Shown: piece after piece, positions 58,540 to 64,000 of the stretch
Layout of the letters: each line of letters starts with the position of its first letter
Numbering within the stretch: position 1 is the stretch's first letter
NCBI GenBank assembly: GCA_947589735.1
Contig: CANQCR010000003.1
Span: 37,324 to 101,323, forward strand
Reading direction: 5' to 3'
From: an uncultured Bacilli bacterium
Lineage (GTDB): Bacteria; Bacillota_I; Bacilli_A; RF39; UBA660
Length of the DNA stretch: 64,000 nt
The notes under the pieces: model-generated
Seen by the model: only the letters and a program-made list of their open reading frames with translations
The model's database searches: none
What the model was told of the DNA's origin: nothing
Translations under genes and position numbers: made by a program

Positions 58540-59238
58540 TTAAATGTCATCATTTTTACGAATTACAAACACTTTAGCCTTTTCTTTCTTAAAACTATCT
58601 AGCTTACTAGCAAACTCTTCACTAGTAATTGGTTTGATATCATCAGGTGTTCCACCAATAAATACTCTACTCGTTTGAATTAAAGCAGCTGGCTCACCAA
58701 CACTCATAACTTCAGTAACATAAGAATTATCTAAAGATGAATAACAAGTCGTCCTAGATTCTGAATAACTATCATCCATATTGCCAATTCTATGTATATA
58801 TTGTTGTTCATAACGTTTTTGACCATTTATATAAGTCGTTTCTTTTCTTTTAGATATAGTAACAGTTCCCCTACTTACTTTACGAGAAACAATACTAATA
58901 GTATCCGTATTATCAGGAACAAATGTTACATCATATACATCTTTCCACTGACCATCTAAAGCCGTATGTTTAATACTAATAAACTCAGGATTAATAAGAC
59001 TTGGTTCAAACTCGATAGCAAATCTATCACCATTCTTTTCAGCGATAAATCCAACCTCACCTATCAATTTTAATGTTGATGGCATATTGGTATCAGTTAT
59101 AAAATGACTGATATTACCATTGATGATATGTTGTAAGTTTTCATCAATATCACCTAAGTTTAAAAAGTTTAAATGATTAATAATATTTTGTATTTTTAAA
59201 GATATATCATTTTTTGGTTTCGTCAATTTTGTTTTCAT
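58540..59238 (-). CDS. Hypothetical protein
   Basis: ORF only. Confidence 0.45.
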   Translation of the reverse strand: MKTKLTKPKNDISLKIQNIINHLNFLNLGDIDENLQHIINGNISHFITDTNMPSTLKLIGEVGFIAEKNGDRFAIEFEPSLINPEFISIKHTALDGQWKDVYDVTFVPDNTDTISIVSRKVSRGTVTISKRKETTYINGQKRYEQQYIHRIGNMDDSYSESRTTCYSSLDNSYVTEVMSVGEPAALIQTSRVFIGGTPDDIKPITSEEFASKLDSFKKEKAKVFVIRKNDDI

Positions 59239-59334
59239 TTTTCTACCCCCTTTTGAGTATATTTCTCTCTTCGGAGGTATTATAATATCATCTTTTCTAC
59301 TTTATTGCAAGTTTTTTCGTTATTTTTTTTAATT

Positions 59335-59919
59335 TTAGTTTGTCTGCCAAATAGCGATAACTTCTTTTAAAAAGCCAACACTAGTTTCGTAAAGCGTTCC
59401 TTCAAAATAAGAATATGGCTTATCCATAACATAATCTAAAACATAAGAAATATCATCTAAGGTATACGTATTATCTTCACGATTGATATAGGTATATTTT
59501 CTAGTCAAAAGGTTTCCTTTAATAACTGTTGTTTTATGTTGATACATTTCTCTTAAAGGAACCTTAAGCGAACATATTTCCATCATAAAATCATAATTAT
59601 CTTGACGTTCGATAACAAAATTAAACTTTAATGCTTGATCATATTTATAACCATCAGAACATAGTAAAGTACAATGATACTCTAAAGCTTCCTTCATAAT
59701 TTGTTCTAGATAATTATCATTAGGATCTGGGTGTTCTAAATTGTTATAGGTATAAAAGGGTAAGTCTTTTATTTTCTCATCACTATCAAAACGCATCGTA
59801 AAAAGCGGATGATTATCACGATACTCTTTTAGCTCATCAAGATTACTAATCGTTTGAAAATGATGAACATTTATTTTACTATCTAATAAACGTTTTAAAT
59901 TACGTGCCTTATATCCCAT
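59335..59919 (-). CDS. Hypothetical protein
   Basis: ORF only. Confidence 0.45.
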   Translation of the reverse strand: MGYKARNLKRLLDSKINVHHFQTISNLDELKEYRDNHPLFTMRFDSDEKIKDLPFYTYNNLEHPDPNDNYLEQIMKEALEYHCTLLCSDGYKYDQALKFNFVIERQDNYDFMMEICSLKVPLREMYQHKTTVIKGNLLTRKYTYINREDNTYTLDDISYVLDYVMDKPYSYFEGTLYETSVGFLKEVIAIWQTN

Positions 59920-60017
59920 ATCATCACCATTTATATTATAACACGTTTATTTTATTAATTATACTTTATTTACTTTAAATAAAATATGTGTTATAGTCAT
60001 ATTATGGAGGATGATTT

Positions 60018-60437
60018 ATGAAGAAATTAATTTTAAGTAGCGTTATTTTAGGCAGTATGGTTTTATTACTAACTGGATGTGGCGTTAAGAAAGTAACATG
60101 TACTAATGAAGCAAGTAGTACCGGTATAACGCAAAAAATGACATCAGTAGGATACTTTAGAAATAACAAATTAACAAAAGTCGAAAATGAAATTAGTATG
60201 ATTTTTGATGAAGAATATGCTTCTAATATTACTGATGATGCGGTTGATGAATTAAAAGAAGCTATGGAATCTTCAGCTAAAGAAGAAGGCTATGAAGTTA
60301 CAGTTAAAAGAGTATCCGATACCGAAGTTAGAGTTAAAATGAATGCTAAAGCCAGTGATTTAAGTGAAAGCGAAAATTATGGTACACCAAGTGATATGAA
60401 GAAGTCTATGGAAGAAGAAGGATTCACTTGTAAATAA
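60018..60437 (+). CDS. Lipoprotein
   Basis: Signal peptide plus lipobox LLTGCG. Confidence 0.6.
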   Translation: MKKLILSSVILGSMVLLLTGCGVKKVTCTNEASSTGITQKMTSVGYFRNNKLTKVENEISMIFDEEYASNITDDAVDELKEAMESSAKEEGYEVTVKRVSDTEVRVKMNAKASDLSESENYGTPSDMKKSMEEEGFTCK

Positions 60438-60464
60438 AACACTATGAAATATCATAGTGTTTTT

Positions 60465-60896
60465 TTATAGATAAGCTTTTAATTTCGTTATTTCATCTTG
60501 TTGAAACTTAGCATAATCCCTAGCTAGTTTTAAAATCTTTTTATCAGCTTTCGTTTTATAATTATTTATTTTAGTATCCGTATCAATACTTCCCATTGTA
60601 AGACCTTCAATAAGAAGATGAGCAATAGCTGCATCACTATTATCTTCCCTAACCTCTTTTTGAATACCCATTTTAGAGGCCATCTTTGTCATTAATTTAT
60701 TTTCTTTAAAATCAGTTCCTTTAGCTAATCTTTTACTCGTTTGATAAAACTTTTCATAGAGTTTTACCTCATCACTAATAATACTTTTAATTTTATTTTC
60801 TTTATCTTTTAATTCTTTTAATAAATCTTCTAAAGCCGTTTTACCCATTTCACTAGAATTATAAATATATTCTAGTAATTCTAAGTTTTCATTCAT
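60465..60896 (-). CDS. Hypothetical protein
   Basis: Probable start is the ATG after GGTGAT (MNENLELLEY...). The ORF-track start at 60923 is a TTG over-extension. Confidence 0.5.
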   Translation of the reverse strand: MNENLELLEYIYNSSEMGKTALEDLLKELKDKENKIKSIISDEVKLYEKFYQTSKRLAKGTDFKENKLMTKMASKMGIQKEVREDNSDAAIAHLLIEGLTMGSIDTDTKINNYKTKADKKILKLARDYAKFQQDEITKLKAYL

Positions 60897-60925
60897 ATTA
60901 TCACCATTATTAGTATTAATCAAAA

Positions 60926-60953
60926 AAAGAAATTAATACTAATTAATTTCTTT
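60926..60953. repeat. 28-bp palindromic element, copy 1 (AAAGAAATTAATACTAATTAATTTCTTT)
   Basis: Perfect match to 61144-61171. Internally it is an 11-bp inverted repeat with a 4-nt centre. Confidence 0.8.
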
Positions 60954-60960
60954 CTGGCCG

Positions 60961-60995
60961 TTGACAAAGTCGGTTTTTCAAACCGGCTTTGTCAA
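60961..60995. repeat. 13-bp imperfect inverted repeat TTGACAAAGTCGG-N9-CCGGCTTTGTCAA. Operator-like, or a + strand terminator since it is followed by T6.
   Basis: Read directly from the sequence; one mismatch between the arms. Confidence 0.6.
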
Positions 60996-61143
60996 TCGGC
61001 TTTTTTGGTTCCCCACTTTAGTATTAAAAAAAGAGTTAATTTGGGTTTTTAATATCAAATAACACTCATTTTTAAACTTTTGTCTCCACTTTTAAATTTT
61101 AAATTTTTGTTTTTTTCCAAGAATGTAGTTTGTCAACAGTCTG

Positions 61144-61171
61144 AAAGAAATTAATACTAATTAATTTCTTT
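61144..61171. repeat. 28-bp palindromic element, copy 2. It overlaps the stop codon of the AddA-like gene.
   Basis: Identical to 60926-60953. Confidence 0.8.
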
Positions 61172-64000
61172 TATCTCTCCTGTTAAAATAGAGTATAAAT
61201 AAACTTTAACATCTTTCGTCGTCTTTGTTTTAATATAATCACGATAACCCATTAATTGCTTTAAATAATCATCATTTGAAATATCACTTAATTTATAATC
61301 AATAATGATAAGACTATCTTCATCTTCTAACATTAAGTCAATAATACCATGATATTTAGTATTATCCTTGGTATAAATAAACTCAAACTCTTTATATATT
61401 TTAGCGTCTTTTAAGTTTTGCATTAAAGAACTTTTTAAAAGTCCATTAATAGCGTCATCAATAACTTTATCTTGACAAGGCTGATAATTTTTGAAATCAA
61501 TGTGTTCTAAGATACTATGAATCTTAGTACCATATTTCATATTTTGATAAGATTCCTTACTAATTAAACTATTTGTCTTATGAGAATAAGATGTCTCAGA
61601 AATTGGTGTTGCGGTATTTAGAAGTGGCTTAACATCTAAAGGATGATGTTTAATTTCTAAATCTAACTGGTTCTTTTTAGGGAATAAGTAATCCCTTGTC
61701 AAATTAAGACTATTAATATCTAATGAATAGTAATAAGAAGGTAAATACTCTTTCACAGAATACATAATATCAGCAAAAGAACTATATTTTAATCTAGATG
61801 TAACTTTTAAAGCGCCATTTTTTTCTTTACTAATAGATACATCATCTTTATGGGGTAAAATGATAATCATTTTTTCTTTAGCCCTTGTTAAAGCCACATA
61901 AAATAAGCGAATCTTTTCAGATATTTCTTCCATCATATAATCATAATTCAATAATGGTTTTAAAATGGTTTGATTAATTCCTTCCTCAAAATAAGGGATA
62001 ATGAAACCATATTTTTGATTATAGATAAAGCTATCATGAAGTTCTTGAATGTTAAACTCTTTATATAATCCACTATAGTAACAAATAGGATATTCTAATC
62101 CTTTTGAATGATGAATATTCATAATTCGAACACTATTGGTATCAGTGAATGATAATTCATATGGTATTTCATATTTATCATTAATTAGTGTTGTTAAATA
62201 ATCATTAAAAGATGGAATATCATACCCAGCATTAGTAAGTTCTAAAGCGAGTTCTTGCATTTTTTGTAAACGGATTAGACTATTATCGACATCACCAACT
62301 AAAATAATTTTCTGATAAATATCTGTTTTTTCAAGAATAATGTTTAAAAGTTCATAAGGGGTCATACAATTGATGTTGATATTATCAAACATTTTAACAA
62401 TAGAAGATGCTTGATAATCATTGTTCATAAACCATTTAAATATATCTTCATCAGGATAAGCAAATAAAAAGCTCCGAGCAACACTCATAAGTGCATACTT
62501 AAACTCTGTATCAAAGGTATGCGTATTGATTTTAATAACCAAAGTTAAAAGATTTTTAACAATATATAAATCATTACTATTATTTAAGTTTTCCTTTTTA
62601 TAAACAGTAAGTGGAATACCTAAGTATTCAAAGATCTTTTTATAAAGATAAAAAGCATTGGAGCGATCCATTAGAATAACAAAATCAGAGTAGCAAGCAT
62701 CCCGCAATTTTTTCGTATCCTTATCAAAGACCTGATACTTATTTTGAACTTTTTGTTTAATATCTTTAGCAATAGCAAAAGCTTCGACTTCTTCTTTATT
62801 AAAGATAACATCTTTAGGTAAATCATATTCTAAAACTTCAAGATTATAATTAGATTTATATTTACTATCTTGGATATACGCTTTATTACCAAAAACCATT
62901 TGATGAGACTCGTAATATTCAGCTCCCCCAACGACATCATCCATAACTAAGGTGAAAATATCATTAATAGCATCTAAAACTGTATTTCGTGAGCGGAAGT
63001 TCTTAACAAGATCAATCTTCATACCTCCATCACCTTTAGCATAGCTATCATATTTAGACTTAAATATATATGGATTAGCATTTCTAAAGCGATAAATTGA
63101 TTGTTTAATATCACCAACCATATAGACATTATCATTGGCAATTAAACTGATAAAAGCTTCTTGAATATCATTAGTATCCTGATATTCATCGATAAGAATT
63201 TCTTTTAAAGAGGATTTTACCTCATCACATACACGAGGATTATCCTTTAAGATTTTAATCGCTAAAAGCGCAATATCACTAAACTCATAAAGTTCATTAT
63301 CTAATTTATATTGTTCAACTAACTTAAAATAATCCTTTAGAAGTGAGATTAATACAGCTACACCGGATTTAGTTTTTAAAAGATTAGCTTTTAACTCACT
63401 ACTTTTTCCATATTGGAATAACGCGTCTAATTTAAGAAGATACTTCTTTAGCTGTTCTTTGACTAATTTTACTTCATCTAAACTACCTCGTGGTAAATTA
63501 GGTAAGCGAACGAGGCGATTACTTTCAATTTCAGCAAGGGTAGATGAACCTAACAAACCATTTAAAGAAGCATACACTTTATCCATATAAGCAGCGTCAA
63601 CCAAAGGTGATAATTCTTTTACTTTTTCCTTAATATCACCAATGATTTCTTGCGCTAAATGTTCATACTCCCCCACTAGGTTATCCAAATAATCATCACG
63701 ATAATACGTGTCTAAATAAGTATCTAAATAACCATTAACATCGGGTAACATTTGGATCTTATTTGTCATTTGTTCAACGCTTCTTCTTAAATTATCATCA
63801 TCGCGCACACAAAATTGGGCAATAAAGTTTAAAAAGCTAGGATCTTCTTTTTCATAATAAGCATCAAAAACTTGATTAAGGATTTCTCTTTTTTTTATTT
63901 TTAGGACCGTTTCCGGCGCAATACTGATATCACTTGCGATATTAACAAGATAGTGATATTTTTTAACAATGGATAAAGCATAACTATCGAATGTCGTTAT
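61157..64000 (-). CDS. addA: AddA-like (UvrD/PcrA-family) helicase with a C-terminal PD-(D/E)xK nuclease. 5'-partial: it continues beyond the window end.
   Basis: Helicase motifs TFDSYA, DEYQDTN, VGDIKQSIYRFRNA, VALTRAK; nuclease IIDYK. The frame is open upstream of the GTG at 63808 all the way to position 64000. Confidence 0.75.
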   Translation of the reverse strand: MTTFDSYALSIVKKYHYLVNIASDISIAPETVLKIKKREILNQVFDAYYEKEDPSFLNFIAQFCVRDDDNLRRSVEQMTNKIQMLPDVNGYLDTYLDTYYRDDYLDNLVGEYEHLAQEIIGDIKEKVKELSPLVDAAYMDKVYASLNGLLGSSTLAEIESNRLVRLPNLPRGSLDEVKLVKEQLKKYLLKLDALFQYGKSSELKANLLKTKSGVAVLISLLKDYFKLVEQYKLDNELYEFSDIALLAIKILKDNPRVCDEVKSSLKEILIDEYQDTNDIQEAFISLIANDNVYMVGDIKQSIYRFRNANPYIFKSKYDSYAKGDGGMKIDLVKNFRSRNTVLDAINDIFTLVMDDVVGGAEYYESHQMVFGNKAYIQDSKYKSNYNLEVLEYDLPKDVIFNKEEVEAFAIAKDIKQKVQNKYQVFDKDTKKLRDACYSDFVILMDRSNAFYLYKKIFEYLGIPLTVYKKENLNNSNDLYIVKNLLTLVIKINTHTFDTEFKYALMSVARSFLFAYPDEDIFKWFMNNDYQASSIVKMFDNININCMTPYELLNIILEKTDIYQKIILVGDVDNSLIRLQKMQELALELTNAGYDIPSFNDYLTTLINDKYEIPYELSFTDTNSVRIMNIHHSKGLEYPICYYSGLYKEFNIQELHDSFIYNQKYGFIIPYFEEGINQTILKPLLNYDYMMEEISEKIRLFYVALTRAKEKMIIILPHKDDVSISKEKNGALKVTSRLKYSSFADIMYSVKEYLPSYYYSLDINSLNLTRDYLFPKKNQLDLEIKHHPLDVKPLLNTATPISETSYSHKTNSLISKESYQNMKYGTKIHSILEHIDFKNYQPCQDKVIDDAINGLLKSSLMQNLKDAKIYKEFEFIYTKDNTKYHGIIDLMLEDEDSLIIIDYKLSDISNDDYLKQLMGYRDYIKTKTTKDVKVYLYSILTGEIKEIN

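Noticed and set aside
1-64000. Mobile elements, integrases, phage genes and CRISPR-cas
   Set aside because: No transposase or integrase motifs, terminal inverted repeats with target duplications (other than the small 28-bp repeat unit reported), or repeat-spacer arrays were found on either strand.

Overview
This is an AT-rich, Firmicutes-like chromosomal segment read with the standard genetic code (TGA is used as a stop codon). About 60 of roughly 65 genes lie on the minus strand. Bacillus-type synteny is recognisable: ireB-ruvX-DUF1292-mltG-yrrM, gatCAB, rarA.

Main contents in order:
- 1-5954: a radical-SAM operon with two rSAM/SPASM enzymes (one carrying an N-terminal RRE-like domain), a B12-type rSAM and a HisC/CobD-like PLP enzyme. 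A translationally coupled, unannotated 45-aa ORF sits in the middle. I read this as a candidate undescribed RiPP-like system.
- 6139-8378: a small accessory block (two GNATs and an ASCH/cytidine-deaminase fusion), preceded by a leader uORF and inverted-repeat structure.
- 8679-9947: a C-terminally truncated PBP.
- 10004-14042: a UbiA-family (DPPR-synthase-like) gene beside a 1070-aa HAD-phosphatase/GT-C-like membrane fusion.
- 14178-16106: a hybrid histidine kinase.
- 16162-21276: a lipid-acylation cluster with three PlsC-type acyltransferases, an acyl-CoA/ACP synthetase, a 57-aa membrane protein and a CDP-alcohol phosphatidyltransferase.
- 21333-26420: a T-box(Asn)-like leader, two tandem tRNA-Asn, a terminator hairpin, then gatCAB-asnS.
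- 26467-29836: two paralogous large proteins with a wHTH N-terminus and helical repeats.
- 29897-31543: an RNase J with a degenerate catalytic motif.
- 35007-37695: a MurD-like ligase and a PP-loop protein.
- 39109-39185: tRNA-Glu with anticodon CUC.
- 39266-44674: a 1802-aa primary-type sigma-70 factor carrying a ~1300-aa C-terminal array of region-4.1-like repeats.
- 51649-55252: teichoic-acid-type glycosyltransferases.
- 55441-55517: tRNA-Met.
- 60926-61171: an intergenic unit bounded by 28-bp palindromic direct repeats.
- 61157 to past the window end: a partial AddA-like helicase-nuclease.

No IS elements, transposases or CRISPR arrays were seen.
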